The position numbers and the translations under genes are program-made. From Gemmatimonadales bacterium (GTDB lineage: Bacteria; Gemmatimonadota; Gemmatimonadetes; Gemmatimonadales; GWC2-71-9), in assembly GCA_038209515.1 (NCBI GenBank), contig JBBQXQ010000002.1, positions 12,364 to 76,363 on the forward strand: 64,000 nt of DNA, given 5' to 3'. Below are positions 44,077 to 54,789 of this stretch, piece after piece; the first letter of the stretch is position 1, and the number at the start of each line of letters is the position of its first letter. The notes beneath the pieces are model-generated. The model did no database searches. It saw only the letters and a list, made by a program, of their open reading frames with translations, and was not told where the DNA came from.

Positions 44077-46980
44077 ATGACCAGCGTTCTTGCCCGTAAG
44101 CTGAGTAACCCCACGCTCGACGTCCTCCATCCCTCGCACTTTGCTTACCGGCACATCGGGCCCCGGCGCGCCGACGTGGATGAGATGCTCGAGCTGCTCG
44201 GATATGAATCGCTCGAGAGCTTCATCGATGCGGTTGTCCCCGACGAGATCCGCCTCCGCCGTCCGCTGGCGCTCCCGCCGGGACGGAGCGAGCGGGAGGT
44301 GCTCCAGGCACTCCGGGGGATCGCCGGAATGAACCGGGTATTCCGTTCCTACATCGGTATGGGGTATGCCGGCTGCTTTACCCCCCAGGTGATCCAGCGC
44401 AACGTGCTGGAAAACCCGGGTTGGTACACCGCCTACACTCCCTACCAGCCCGAGATCGCCCAGGGCCGGCTCGAGGCGCTGCTCAATTTTCAGACGATGG
44501 TGTCGGATCTGACCGGGCTCGAGATCGCCAACGCCTCCTTGCTGGACGAGGCCACGGCTGCCGCAGAGGCGATGAACCTGAGCTTGGCGGTGCATCCCAG
44601 CAAAGACCATCCGGTGTACCGGGTAGACGAGCGCTGCCATCCCCAGACCATTGCGGTGGTGCAGACCCGGGCCGAGGCCCGCGGCATCGAGGTCAGAGTG
44701 GGCGACCCCGCATCATTCGAGTTCGGGCCGGGCGTGATCGGCGCGTTGGTGCAGTACCCGGCCACCGACGGCCAGGTCCCAAGCTTCCGGCCACTCTGCG
44801 AGCGGGCTCACGCCGCCTCCGCGCTCGTTACCGCCGCCACCGACCTGCTCAGCCTGACCCTCCTCACCCCGCCGGGCGAGTGGGGTGCGGACGTAGCGGT
44901 TGGAAACAGCCAGCGCTTCGGCGTGCCGATGGGCTACGGCGGGCCGCATGCCGCGTTCTTTGCCACCCGCGACGCTTACAAACGGTTCCTACCCGGACGG
45001 ATCATCGGCGTCTCCAAGGACCGGGACGGTCGTCCCGCTCTTCGGATGGCGCTGCAGACCCGGGAGCAGCACATCCGGCGCGACAAGGCAACCAGCAACG
45101 TGTGCACCGCCCAGGTGCTGCTCGCGGTGATGGCCAGCATGTATGCCGTGTATCATGGGCCGTCCGGGCTTCGCCGCATTGCGGAACGGGTGCACGCCCG
45201 AACGGTGATCCTGGCCAACGCGCTGCGCCGGCTGCGGTACCGGCTGGTTCACGAAGATTTCTTCGACACCATCTGCGTCGAGGTGGAAGGCTGGGCCCTG
45301 CCCCGTCTGCTCGATGCTGCCCGGGTGCGCAACATTAACCTGCGCCAGCTCTCGTCCACCCGCATCTGCGTCGCGCTGGACGAGACGGTCACCCTGGGCG
45401 ACGTGGCCGACCTGATCACCATCTTTTCGCTGAACGAGGCGCTGCCGTTCATGCTGGACGACATCGGGGTCAAGCGCGAGCGGGCGATCCCCCAGGGGCT
45501 CGCCCGCACCACGTCCTACATGGAGCATCCGGTCTTTCACCGGTACCACTCCGAGACCGAGATGCTCCGCTACATCAAGCGTCTCGAGGCCCGCGACCTG
45601 TCGCTCACCTCAGCCATGATCCCGCTCGGCTCCTGCACCATGAAGCTCAACGCCACGACCGAGATGATGCCGGTGAGCTGGCGCGAGTTCAACCGGCTTC
45701 ACCCCTTCGCGCCGCGCGACCAGGCGGCCGGCTACCAGCTGCTCTTCAACCAGCTGGAGTATCAGCTCGCGGAGATCACCGGGTTTGCGGCGGTGTCGCT
45801 CCAGCCCAACGCGGGGTCGCAGGGCGAGTATGCGGGACTGCTGGTCATCCGCTCGTATCATCGATCCAGAGGCGAGGCCCACCGCACTACCTGTCTCATC
45901 CCGCAGTCCGCCCACGGCACCAACCCGGCGAGCGCGGTAATGGCAGGCATGCAGGTGGTAGCAGTCAAGAGCGACCCGCAGGGCAACATCGATCTCAAGG
46001 ATCTCGGCGCCAAGGCGGCCGCCCACAAGGACACGCTGGCGGCGCTGATGATCACGTACCCTTCGACCCACGGGGTGTTCGAGGGTTCGGTAGTAGAGAT
46101 CTGCCGGATCGTGCATGAGCACGGCGGCCAGGTCTACATGGATGGGGCCAACATGAACGCGCAGGTCGGTCTCTGCCGTCCGGGTGACATCGGTGCCGAC
46201 GTCTGTCACCTGAACCTGCACAAGACGTTCTGCATTCCGCATGGTGGCGGAGGTCCAGGGATGGGCCCGATCGGAGTGGCGGCGCACCTGATTCCGTTTC
46301 TGCCCGGACATCCGGTGGTGGATGTGGGTCACTCCGCGGCGTGCGGGACCGTGTCCGCCGCGCCCTGGGGGAGCGCCGCGATTCTTCCGATCTCCTGGGC
46401 CTACATCGCTCTGATGGGCTACGACGGCCTGACCGAGGCCACCTGCATCGCCATTCTCAGCGCGAACTATGTCGCGCGCCGCCTCGCGGAACACTATCCC
46501 CTGCTCTACACCGGGCAGAACGGACTGGTTGCCCACGAGTGCATCATCGACACCCGTCCCTTCAAGGCTTCCGCCGGGGTGGACGTCGAGGACATCGCCA
46601 AGCGAATCATCGATTACGGCTTCCACCCGCCGACGGTCTCGTTTCCGGTCCCCGGCACGCTCATGATCGAGCCAACCGAGAGCGAATCAAAGGAAGAGCT
46701 CGACCGCTTCTGTGACGCTCTCATTGCCATCCGGCAGGAGATTCGAGAGATCGAGGAGGGACGGGCACAGCGGGACAACAATCTGCTGACGAACGCGCCT
46801 CACACCCTGGAGCAGGTGATCGCCGATACGTGGGACCGACCCTACCCGCGGGAGCGGGCCGCCTATCCCTCGCGGGCGGTGCGCGAGCACAAGGTGTGGC
46901 CCACGGTGGGGCGGGTCGACAGCGCGTTTGGCGATCGCAATTTGGTCTGTAGCTGCCCACCTGTCGAAGCATATGGATAG
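44077..46980 (+). CDS. gcvP: Glycine dehydrogenase (decarboxylating), single-chain P protein
   Basis: 967 aa. [27 protein letters not shown] and [24 protein letters not shown] (PLP lysine region). Confidence 0.97.
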   Translation: MTSVLARKLSNPTLDVLHPSHFAYRHIGPRRADVDEMLELLGYESLESFIDAVVPDEIRLRRPLALPPGRSEREVLQALRGIAGMNRVFRSYIGMGYAGCFTPQVIQRNVLENPGWYTAYTPYQPEIAQGRLEALLNFQTMVSDLTGLEIANASLLDEATAAAEAMNLSLAVHPSKDHPVYRVDERCHPQTIAVVQTRAEARGIEVRVGDPASFEFGPGVIGALVQYPATDGQVPSFRPLCERAHAASALVTAATDLLSLTLLTPPGEWGADVAVGNSQRFGVPMGYGGPHAAFFATRDAYKRFLPGRIIGVSKDRDGRPALRMALQTREQHIRRDKATSNVCTAQVLLAVMASMYAVYHGPSGLRRIAERVHARTVILANALRRLRYRLVHEDFFDTICVEVEGWALPRLLDAARVRNINLRQLSSTRICVALDETVTLGDVADLITIFSLNEALPFMLDDIGVKRERAIPQGLARTTSYMEHPVFHRYHSETEMLRYIKRLEARDLSLTSAMIPLGSCTMKLNATTEMMPVSWREFNRLHPFAPRDQAAGYQLLFNQLEYQLAEITGFAAVSLQPNAGSQGEYAGLLVIRSYHRSRGEAHRTTCLIPQSAHGTNPASAVMAGMQVVAVKSDPQGNIDLKDLGAKAAAHKDTLAALMITYPSTHGVFEGSVVEICRIVHEHGGQVYMDGANMNAQVGLCRPGDIGADVCHLNLHKTFCIPHGGGGPGMGPIGVAAHLIPFLPGHPVVDVGHSAACGTVSAAPWGSAAILPISWAYIALMGYDGLTEATCIAILSANYVARRLAEHYPLLYTGQNGLVAHECIIDTRPFKASAGVDVEDIAKRIIDYGFHPPTVSFPVPGTLMIEPTESESKEELDRFCDALIAIRQEIREIEEGRAQRDNNLLTNAPHTLEQVIADTWDRPYPRERAAYPSRAVREHKVWPTVGRVDSAFGDRNLVCSCPPVEAYG

Positions 46981-47770
46981 AGGTGACAACCATGAATGGT
47001 TCCTCTGGGTAGATGAAACTCCCCGCCCCGGCTGGGCCAACATGGCCACCGATCAAACCCTCCTCGACCGCGCGGAGCTGCTCGGCGAAAGCTGGCTGCG
47101 CTTGTACGCCTGGGAGCCGCACTGTCTCTCGTTCGGGAGGCACGAGCCGGCCACCCGACGGTATGATGCGGAGCGTATCGCGGCGCTGGGCATCGATACG
47201 GTGCGACGGCCAACCGGCGGGCGAGCCGTCTGGCATGGACACGAGCTTACCTACGCGGTCGTGGCACCGGGTCCTCGCTTCGGCTCGCTGCAGGAGGCCT
47301 ATCTCGAGATTCATGACATGATCGGCCACGCGCTCGGGGAGCTCGGCATCGAGGCCGTGCTGGCGTCGAGTCGCCGGTCTGTGCCGCTCGACGCAGGAGC
47401 CTGCTTCTCTCAGCCGACCGGCGGCGAGGTGCTGGTGGGCGGGCGCAAGGTCGTCGGGAGTGCGCAGCTCCGGCACGGTGGGGCGCTACTCCAGCACGGC
47501 TCGATCCTGCTCGCCGACCGGCAGCGCATCGTTGGGGAGCTGATGCAAGGACCGAGGGGCCACGACTCTTTGAGCAGCCTGCGTGAGACAGCCTTGCCCC
47601 TGCTGGGCCGATCGCTCGCGGTAGCGGAGCTGGCGGAGGCGATCGCCGATACCGCGGCTGCCCGCTGGCCAGGCAACTGGCATCGGATGACTGCTGCGAG
47701 CGAGGTGATCGAGGCGGCGTCGCGACACTATTCCCAGTTTCGCTCTCCGGCGTGGACCTGGGCGAGGTGA
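46973..47770 (+). CDS. Lipoate-protein ligase / octanoyltransferase family protein
   Basis: BPL/LplA/LipB-family motifs [21 protein letters not shown] and [24 protein letters not shown]. The proposed ATG at 46973 overlaps the gcvP stop; the exact start is uncertain. Confidence 0.8.
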   Translation: MDRGDNHEWFLWVDETPRPGWANMATDQTLLDRAELLGESWLRLYAWEPHCLSFGRHEPATRRYDAERIAALGIDTVRRPTGGRAVWHGHELTYAVVAPGPRFGSLQEAYLEIHDMIGHALGELGIEAVLASSRRSVPLDAGACFSQPTGGEVLVGGRKVVGSAQLRHGGALLQHGSILLADRQRIVGELMQGPRGHDSLSSLRETALPLLGRSLAVAELAEAIADTAAARWPGNWHRMTAASEVIEAASRHYSQFRSPAWTWAR

Positions 47771-47772
47771 GC

Positions 47773-49410
47773 ATGACACGAACGGCTGTGATTTCTATCC
47801 TCGTGGGGTTCTCCGCCTGGCACCCGGCCGAGGGGCAGTCACGCGCGGACGAGCGAAACAGCATCGTCATTGTGACCGGTCTCCAGGCCACGCTCCCGAT
47901 TCCAACTCTGATGGAAGGCGCAGCAGGCAATGTCGCCAACATGGAGATCGCCGATCAGCTGTTCCTGCGGCTGGCGGGGCTCGGCCCGACGCTGCTGACA
48001 GCCGGCGACCGGAACTTCGTGCCGCTGCTGGCGAGCTCGTGGTCCCGGCGGGACTCGGTGACGCTCGTATTCGAGCTGAATCCGCGCGCGCGATGGCAGG
48101 ACGGTGTACCGGTGACGGCGCGGGATGTCGTGTTCACCATGGAGCGCGCTCGCAACCGGTCGGTCTCGCCGCGATTGGCGGACCTGCTGAAGCACATCAT
48201 CGCGGTGACGGCAGAAGGAGAGCATCGGGTTGTCTTCCGCTTCTCCCATCCTTATGCGGAGCAGCTCTACGACGCCACCTTTCACGTCGCCCCCATCCCG
48301 GCCCACCTGCTGGATACGATACCACCGGACGCGCTCTTCCGATCGGCCTTTGCGGCGCAGCCGGTGGGCAACGGCCCGTACCGCTGGGTTCGGACCGTCC
48401 CCGGACAGTTCATCGAGCTCAGGCGAAATGACGATTTCTTCCTCGGCACGCCGAAGATCGAGCGGGTCATCGTGCGAGCCGCGGCCGACCCCGACGCGCG
48501 GGTGAATCTGATGCTCAGCGGGCAGGCCGATGCGATGGACAACATCCCTCCGCCGCAGGACAACATCCGGCGGATTGCGGCGGAGCCCTCGCTGCGCCTC
48601 ATACCGGTCCCCTCTCCCACCGTCGGGTATCTCCTTTTCAACCAGCGCGACCGGCGTGATCGCGAGCGGCCCCATCCGATTCTGGGCGACCTCAGAGTCC
48701 GGCGGGCCATCGGGCTCGCCCTCGATCGCCGGCTCCTGGTGCAGGTGATCCTCGGATCGTACGGCGAGGTGCCGTATGGGCCGGCCTCGCCGATCCTGTG
48801 GATCCGCCACGGCGCTCCCAGGCCCGAGCGGCAGAACCTGCCCGAAGCCCGCCGGCTATTGGCTGCGGCCGGATGGCGGGACACCGACGGCGACGGCACG
48901 CTCGATCGCGAAGGACATCCGCTCACCCTGAGCCTCTCGCTGCCGAATACCAGCGCCATTCGCAAGCAGATGTCGGTGCTCATTCAGGAGGAGCTCCGCG
49001 GGATCGGCGTCACGCTGAATCTCCAGCAGTATGACTTTCCGGTCTGGACCGAGCGGCGGACGGCGGGAGACTTCGATGTCGATTTCGCCTCGCTGAGCCA
49101 GGATCCTTCGCCGACGGGACTGACCCAGAGCTGGACCTGCAACGGCGGCAATAACGTCGCGCGATACTGCAATCCACGGGTCGACTCGCTGATCGAACAG
49201 GCGGTGCTGGGCCGGGGAGATCCCGCCGAGCATTGGCACGCGGTACTCCGGCAGATCGAAGCGGATGCGCCGGCTGTCTTCCTTTATGCCCCCACCTACG
49301 TGTACGCCGTGAACCGGCGCTTCCGAAACGTGAGCCTCAGCCCCGTGTCGTCCTGGCTCCTGCTCCGCGAATGGTCGGTCGCCCCGGCATCCTCCACCCC
49401 GAGCCGCTGA
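47773..49410 (+). CDS. ABC transporter substrate-binding protein, family 5 (peptide/nickel type)
   Basis: Signal-like N-terminus MTRTAVISILVGFSAW. WQDGVPVTARDVVFT, PVGNGPYRW and FDVDFASL are typical of the DppA/OppA SBP_bac_5 family. Confidence 0.9.
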   Translation: MTRTAVISILVGFSAWHPAEGQSRADERNSIVIVTGLQATLPIPTLMEGAAGNVANMEIADQLFLRLAGLGPTLLTAGDRNFVPLLASSWSRRDSVTLVFELNPRARWQDGVPVTARDVVFTMERARNRSVSPRLADLLKHIIAVTAEGEHRVVFRFSHPYAEQLYDATFHVAPIPAHLLDTIPPDALFRSAFAAQPVGNGPYRWVRTVPGQFIELRRNDDFFLGTPKIERVIVRAAADPDARVNLMLSGQADAMDNIPPPQDNIRRIAAEPSLRLIPVPSPTVGYLLFNQRDRRDRERPHPILGDLRVRRAIGLALDRRLLVQVILGSYGEVPYGPASPILWIRHGAPRPERQNLPEARRLLAAAGWRDTDGDGTLDREGHPLTLSLSLPNTSAIRKQMSVLIQEELRGIGVTLNLQQYDFPVWTERRTAGDFDVDFASLSQDPSPTGLTQSWTCNGGNNVARYCNPRVDSLIEQAVLGRGDPAEHWHAVLRQIEADAPAVFLYAPTYVYAVNRRFRNVSLSPVSSWLLLREWSVAPASSTPSR

Positions 49411-49411
49411 G

Positions 49412-50383
49412 GTGAGCGGTTGGGTGCTCCGCCGGGCGCTCCAGGCGGCGGTCACCTTCCTGGTGGCGCTCGCGATTCTATTTGTCCTCATGCGCGCGGC
49501 ACCCGGCGATCCATTGCTTCGCCTGGGTGGAGACCGCCCCATCTCGCCGAAAGAGATCGCGGTACTACGTGCCCGCTACGGGCTGGATCAGCCGGTCGGC
49601 AGACAGCTCACTGCCTTCCTCCAGGGTCTGGTCCACGGCGACCTCGGCGTATCGATCGAGTATGGACGGCCGGTCACCGCGCTGCTCGCGGAACGCCTGC
49701 CCGCGACGCTGCTGCTCGGCGGGAGCGTCCTGCTGCTCAACTTCACGGTCGGGCTCTGGCTGGGAGTACGCCAAGCAGTCCGGCGGGGCCGGAGAGAGGA
49801 TCGCTGGCTGACCACGCTCAGCCTCGCCGGATACGCAATGCCCTCGTTCTGGCTGGGGTTGGTGCTCGCATGGCTGGTCGGGATTCACTGGCGGCTGCTG
49901 CCCGCCGCGGGCATGCAGGATCCGCTGCTGAGCTCCCACGCAGGTTGGGGCACGCGCGCGGTGGACGTGCTCAGCCACCTGGTGCTGCCCGTGCTGACCC
50001 TCTCGGTGGTGAGCATCGCGGCCACTATGCGGCACCAGCGATCTGCCATGCTCGAGGTGTTGCGTCTTCCATATATACTGACCGCACGCGCCAAGGGGCT
50101 GCCTGAGCGGGACATCACCTGGCGGCATGCGTGGCGCAACGCACTGTTCCCAGTGATCACGTTGTTCGGACTCTGGCTCCCGATCCTGGTGACAGGATCG
50201 GTGTTCGTGGAGGCAGTGTTCGCCTGGCCGGGGCTGGGGTCGCTCGCCGCGGGAGCGGTGGGAAATCGCGACTACCCACTCCTCATGGGCACGTCCCTCC
50301 TGGTCGCGGCGCTCGTCGTGGCGAGCGGGTTCGCCACCGATGTCGCATACGCGCTCCTCGATCCCCGGGTGCGGCTGGCGTGA
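49412..50383 (+). CDS. ABC transporter permease (DppB/OppB-like)
   Basis: 323 aa polytopic protein. YILTARAKGLPERDITWRHAWRNAL is the EAA-type loop of BPD_transp_1 permeases. Confidence 0.9.
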   Translation: MSGWVLRRALQAAVTFLVALAILFVLMRAAPGDPLLRLGGDRPISPKEIAVLRARYGLDQPVGRQLTAFLQGLVHGDLGVSIEYGRPVTALLAERLPATLLLGGSVLLLNFTVGLWLGVRQAVRRGRREDRWLTTLSLAGYAMPSFWLGLVLAWLVGIHWRLLPAAGMQDPLLSSHAGWGTRAVDVLSHLVLPVLTLSVVSIAATMRHQRSAMLEVLRLPYILTARAKGLPERDITWRHAWRNALFPVITLFGLWLPILVTGSVFVEAVFAWPGLGSLAAGAVGNRDYPLLMGTSLLVAALVVASGFATDVAYALLDPRVRLA

Positions 50384-51219
50384 GGCCGGTGCTCGATGCC
50401 CTCGCGGCCGCGTGGCATCATCCACAGGGGCGCATCGGCGCGTTCATCCTGCTGATCGTCGCGGTCACGGCGATCGTGGGACCCTGGCTTCTCCCCGATC
50501 CTCTGTCGCAGCCGGACATTCTGATCGGCAGCACGCCCCCGGGCCTGGGGCATCCGTTCGGCACCGACCAGCTCAACCGCGATATCCTCTCACGGGTCGT
50601 GACCGGCGCCCGGGTCTCCCTAGGTGTCGCGCTGCTGGCAGTGGCGCTCTCGATGACACTCGGTGCGGCGGTCGGACTGGTCTCCGGCTACCTCGGTGGT
50701 GTGGTCGATGCCGTACTCATGCGCCTGGTAGATGGGGCCCTCGCCATCCCCCGGCTCTTTATTCTTCTGCTGGTGCTCGCGGTCTGGGAGCGGGTGCCGG
50801 TCCTCGCGCTGATCCTGCTCATCGGGGCGACCGGCTGGTTTGCCACCAGTCGCATCGTACGGGCGGAGGTCCTAAGGCTCAGGGAAGAGGCCTACGTGCG
50901 AGCGGCCGAGGCGCTGGGGGCCCGCCGGCGCCGGATTATCTTCCGGCACTTGCTTCCCAACGTGGTCGGACCGCTGCTCGTCACGGCGACGCTCGCCGTG
51001 GGCGACGTGATTCTGCTGGAAGCCGGACTCTCCTTTCTGGGCCTGGGAATTCAGCCCCCCATGCCATCCTGGGGCGGCATGATCCTGGAGTCCAAGGAGG
51101 TGCTGGTGAGCGCACCCTGGGCCGGCATTTTTCCGGGACTCGCTATTGTGATCACCGTACTGTCCGCAAACCTGTTCGGTGACGCCTTGCGCGACGCCGT
51201 GGATCCCCGAAGCGCATGA
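50380..51219 (+). CDS. ABC transporter permease (DppC/OppC-like)
   Basis: Start re-picked at the GTG at 50380, which forms a GTGA overlap with the upstream stop. YVRAAEALGARRRRIIFRHLLPN is the EAA-type loop. The track ORF is over-extended to 50131. Confidence 0.9.
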   Translation: MRPVLDALAAAWHHPQGRIGAFILLIVAVTAIVGPWLLPDPLSQPDILIGSTPPGLGHPFGTDQLNRDILSRVVTGARVSLGVALLAVALSMTLGAAVGLVSGYLGGVVDAVLMRLVDGALAIPRLFILLLVLAVWERVPVLALILLIGATGWFATSRIVRAEVLRLREEAYVRAAEALGARRRRIIFRHLLPNVVGPLLVTATLAVGDVILLEAGLSFLGLGIQPPMPSWGGMILESKEVLVSAPWAGIFPGLAIVITVLSANLFGDALRDAVDPRSA

Positions 51220-52223
51220 GCCGAGTGCTCGAGGTACGGGATCTCAGGGTGTCGTTCCCCGGACCCGACCACCGCCGATTCTATCCGGTGGATGGAGTGA
51301 CCTTCTCGCTCGAGCGGGGCAAGACCATGGCGCTCGTGGGGGAATCCGGCTCCGGGAAGAGCCTCACCAGCCTCGCGCTGCTCCAGCTGGTCCCCTCTCC
51401 GGGCCGCATCGAGACTGGCAGCGTCATCCGGATGGGCGAGACCGACGTACTCGCGCTCCGGGGCGAGGCGCTGCGGCGGATCCGGGGACGCCGCGTGGGC
51501 GTGATCTTCCAGGACCCGATGACCAGCCTGAATCCGGTCTTCACGGTGGGCGACCAGATCATCGAAGGAATTCTGGCGCACTTCAAGATGCCGCGTGCCA
51601 CCGCGCGCGAGCGGGCGCTCCACCTCCTCCAGGAAGTGGGCATTCCGGACCCGTCGGGGCGACTCAAGGCCTACCCCCATCAGCTCAGTGGCGGCATGCG
51701 CCAGCGAGTGATGATTGCAATTGCCCTCTCAGCGGAGCCGGAGATCCTGGTGGCCGACGAGCCGACGACGGCGCTCGACGTCACGGTGCAGGCGCAGATT
51801 CTGGAAGTGCTGGATCGGTTGCAAGAGAGCCGGGGAATGGCGGTACTCCTGATCACGCACGATCTCGGCATCGTCGCGGGGCGAGCCGACCGGGTGGCGG
51901 TGATGTACGCGGGACAGATCGTCGAGGAGGCACCCACCGCCCGGCTGTTCGCCAATCCATCCCATCCCTACACTCAGGGACTCTTCGCGTCGGTGCCGAG
52001 GATCAAGGGCCCGCTCCGGAGGCTCAACCCGATCGGCGGAAGCATCCCGGCGCCTACGGCATGGCCCAGCGGCTGCCGGTTTCGTCCCCGGTGTCCCAAG
52101 GCATTCGACAAGAGCGAGCTGGAGCCGCCCCTGCTGATGGTCGAGCCGGACCACCAGATGCGGTGTTGGCTGGCTGAGGAACCACAAAGAAGCAGCCACG
52201 CGGTCAATGAAGCCATTGGTTGA
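51216..52223 (+). CDS. ABC transporter ATP-binding protein (DppD/OppD-like)
   Basis: [34 protein letters not shown]. The C-terminal oligopeptide-type extension reads HPYTQGL...CRFRPRC. Confidence 0.95.
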   Translation: MSRVLEVRDLRVSFPGPDHRRFYPVDGVTFSLERGKTMALVGESGSGKSLTSLALLQLVPSPGRIETGSVIRMGETDVLALRGEALRRIRGRRVGVIFQDPMTSLNPVFTVGDQIIEGILAHFKMPRATARERALHLLQEVGIPDPSGRLKAYPHQLSGGMRQRVMIAIALSAEPEILVADEPTTALDVTVQAQILEVLDRLQESRGMAVLLITHDLGIVAGRADRVAVMYAGQIVEEAPTARLFANPSHPYTQGLFASVPRIKGPLRRLNPIGGSIPAPTAWPSGCRFRPRCPKAFDKSELEPPLLMVEPDHQMRCWLAEEPQRSSHAVNEAIG

Positions 52224-53205
52224 AGTGCGCGACCTGGTGAAGCACTACCACTCCGCCGGCCTCTTCGGACGGGCGGCGCCGCCGGTGCGTGCCGTGGATG
52301 GGGTGTCGTTCGACGTAGGCCGGGGAGAGACGCTCGCGCTGGTGGGCGAGTCGGGCTGCGGCAAGTCATCGGCCGGGCGAACGATCCTCCGCCTTCAGGA
52401 GCCGACCAGCGGCACGATGCTCTTCGATGGAGCAGATGTGTTCTCGCTTGACCGCAACCCGCTTCGGGAGCTGCGGCGGCGGATGCAGATCATCTTTCAG
52501 GATCCCTACAGCTCGCTCAATCCGCGGATGACCATAGGCGCAGCGATTGCCGAGGGAATCGAGATCCACCGGCTGGCACCGCGGGCGGAGATCCCCAGGC
52601 GCGTTGCCGCGCTGCTCGAAGAGGTGGGGCTCGATCCCACCTACGCGCGCCGGTATCCCCACGAGTTCTCCGGAGGCCAGCGGCAGCGGATCGGCATCGC
52701 CCGGGCGCTCGCGGTCGAGCCGGCGTTCATCGTGTGCGACGAGCCGGTCTCGGCGCTCGACGTCTCGGTGCAGGCCCAAGTGCTCAACCTGCTCTCCGAT
52801 CTCCAGGAGCATCGCGGCCTCTCGTATCTCTTCATCGCCCACGATCTCGCGGTGGTGCGACAGATCGCGCACCGAATCGCAGTGATGTACCTGGGCCGCA
52901 TCGTGGAGGAGGGGCCTACTGACCAGATCCTCTCCAACCCGCGTCACCCCTACACCGTCGCGCTGCTCTCGGCGGTTCCAGAACCGGATCCCACCGCGCG
53001 CCGGGACCGCATCGTACTGGCCGGCGATCTGCCGAGCCCCTCGAATCCGCCGCCCGGCTGTCCTTTTCACACCCGTTGCTTCCACCCACTCAAGAACGAG
53101 CGCTGCCGCACCGAGGTGCCGCTGCTCCGGCCGTTGGCGGGAACCGTTGCCGCGTGCCACTATGCCGAAGCGACGCCCACACTTGCCAAGGTCGGCGCGA
53201 GCTGA
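52207..53205 (+). CDS. ABC transporter ATP-binding protein (DppF/OppF-like)
   Basis: [47 protein letters not shown]...CPFHTRC. Confidence 0.95.
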   Translation: MKPLVEVRDLVKHYHSAGLFGRAAPPVRAVDGVSFDVGRGETLALVGESGCGKSSAGRTILRLQEPTSGTMLFDGADVFSLDRNPLRELRRRMQIIFQDPYSSLNPRMTIGAAIAEGIEIHRLAPRAEIPRRVAALLEEVGLDPTYARRYPHEFSGGQRQRIGIARALAVEPAFIVCDEPVSALDVSVQAQVLNLLSDLQEHRGLSYLFIAHDLAVVRQIAHRIAVMYLGRIVEEGPTDQILSNPRHPYTVALLSAVPEPDPTARRDRIVLAGDLPSPSNPPPGCPFHTRCFHPLKNERCRTEVPLLRPLAGTVAACHYAEATPTLAKVGAS

Positions 53206-53298
53206 CCTGTCGGTGACCGTGGTCACGGCCGCCCCAGCCTCACGGGCCGATGTTCCAAGCTCACGCATGACCTTAATCCCGAATTCGAGGGTGAACTC

Positions 53299-53520
53299 AT
53301 GGGCGATCGAAAGGATCTTGCATCCGAAGGGCTCAACGACGAGATCAAGGGCACGGCAAAGCAGGTCGAAGGCAGAATTCGAAGCGCCGTCGGAGGAGCC
53401 AGGGGCGACACCGGTCAGCAGGTGAAGGGCAAGGCGCAAGAGATCAAGGGCAAGGTGCAGCAGAAGGTGGGCAGGGCCAAGGAGGAGGCGGACCCGAACC
53501 CCGGAGTGGATGACGTATAG
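53299..53520 (+). CDS. CsbD-family stress-response protein
   Basis: 73 aa. Repeated KG(T/K)AK/QE..GK pattern: NDEIKGTAKQVEGRIR...GQQVKGKAQEIKGKVQQKVG. Confidence 0.85.
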   Translation: MGDRKDLASEGLNDEIKGTAKQVEGRIRSAVGGARGDTGQQVKGKAQEIKGKVQQKVGRAKEEADPNPGVDDV

Positions 53521-53588
53521 GCGGGGAGGCGGGAAGGCGGGGAAGCAGGGAAGTAAAACAGTAGATGATAAATAGCAGGCATGACGAA

Positions 53589-53619
53589 GGGGCCGGATGC
53601 TGTTTCCAGCATCGGCCCC
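53589..53619. terminator. Hairpin between the convergent csbD-like and sigma-factor genes
   Basis: GGGGCCGGATGCTG-tttc-CAGCATCGGCCCC is a 13-bp stem with one bulged G, lying between the stops at 53520 (+) and 53664 (-). There is no clean T-run, so terminator function is inferred. Confidence 0.5.
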
Positions 53620-53663
53620 TCGTTACTCTCAGGTAACAGGCCTTTGTTTCTGCTTCCCCGCCG

Positions 53664-54485
53664 CTATGATGCCAGCGAGCTCGCCGAGACCTCGGCCTTG
53701 AGCCGCTTCAATGCCTGGCTCCGAATCTGGGAGATCCGCGACTCGCTCACCTGTAGTATCTCGCCGACCTGCCGCAGGTTTAGCTCCTCGTAGTAGTACA
53801 GGGCGAGTACCCGGCGCTGCTGGCTGGGCAGGCGCGAAATCAACCGCTGCAGCTGGGTGACGTGCTCTGATTCCACCAGACGCTGGGGCGCCGAGGTGGC
53901 GGAGGGGTCGGCGTGGTTCTCGGCATCGCGAGACATCCGGCGTCCCTTCACGGGGGGCGGCGTATCAGCCTCGGCGTAGCTTCCTACCGCATCCTTCCAC
54001 TTCCAGTACGTGGCCATGTCGATTTCCAACCGGTCCGCCACCTCTTTCGCGGTCGGCGCGCGACCGAGCTCGCCTTCCAGCATGGCGGCAACGGAGTCGA
54101 TCCTCCTCCGCTTCACCCGCACCGAGCGGGGCGTCGAATCGCGGCTTCTCAGGTCATCGAGAATTGCGCCCCGTATACGCAGCACCGCGTAAGTGCTGAA
54201 AGCGAGACCGCGGGACAGGTCGAAGCTGTCCAGCGCCTTCATCAGGCCCAAGGCCCCGGCGCTGACCAACTCTCCCAACTCGACGGTCGGAATCCGGCGG
54301 GATACTTCACGGGCCACGTGATGCACCAGGCCCAGATGGCGGGTGAGCAGCTGAGCCCGCGCGTCCGGGTCGCCCGCAGAGCGGTACCGCGTCCAGAGGA
54401 CATCGGTGCGGTCATCGGTCTCGGCGATCGGGAGGGCGGTCAACGGAGGTGCCCCGCGTGCGTAGTGGTGAAGGACATCTCGCAT
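53664..54485 (-). CDS. fliA: Sigma-70 family sigma factor of the FliA/WhiG (sigma-28) type
   Basis: Start re-picked at the ATG 54485..54483. FSTYAVLRIRGAILDDLRSRDSTPRSVR and LALYYYEELNLRQVGEILQVSESRISQIRSQALKRLK closely parallel E. coli FliA regions 2.4/3 and 4.2 as I recall them. Confidence 0.88.
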   Translation of the reverse strand: MRDVLHHYARGAPPLTALPIAETDDRTDVLWTRYRSAGDPDARAQLLTRHLGLVHHVAREVSRRIPTVELGELVSAGALGLMKALDSFDLSRGLAFSTYAVLRIRGAILDDLRSRDSTPRSVRVKRRRIDSVAAMLEGELGRAPTAKEVADRLEIDMATYWKWKDAVGSYAEADTPPPVKGRRMSRDAENHADPSATSAPQRLVESEHVTQLQRLISRLPSQQRRVLALYYYEELNLRQVGEILQVSESRISQIRSQALKRLKAEVSASSLAS

Positions 54486-54789
54486 CCGGGTTCGAAGTGT
54501 GGTTGGGGGCGGGGCGCTCGGAGCAACCCAGGTGATTCGTAGGGCTACGGTGAGCACCCCCGCGTCTGGAAGGAGGTATGGGCAACGCCTGTACCATCTA
54601 GTATTTGGGGGTCTGAGCCGGAAGGTGCTGGCGCTTGCAGCGCTACCCTATCGCACCTATGGCCAGGCACTTATACCGGGCAAAGCGGCGCCATTAGGTA
54701 CGCTAAGGAGCGCGGCATGACTATTTTTTGTAGGGTGGACCAGCCCGGGGTGGGCCTGAGACGGCCAGAGTTGTCGGCAAGATGCTAGG

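Noticed and set aside
45610-46626. A 338-aa minus-strand ORF inside gcvP.
   Set aside because: It is antisense to a highly conserved P-protein segment that includes the PLP-lysine region, and it has a low-complexity Arg/Gly/Val-rich translation.
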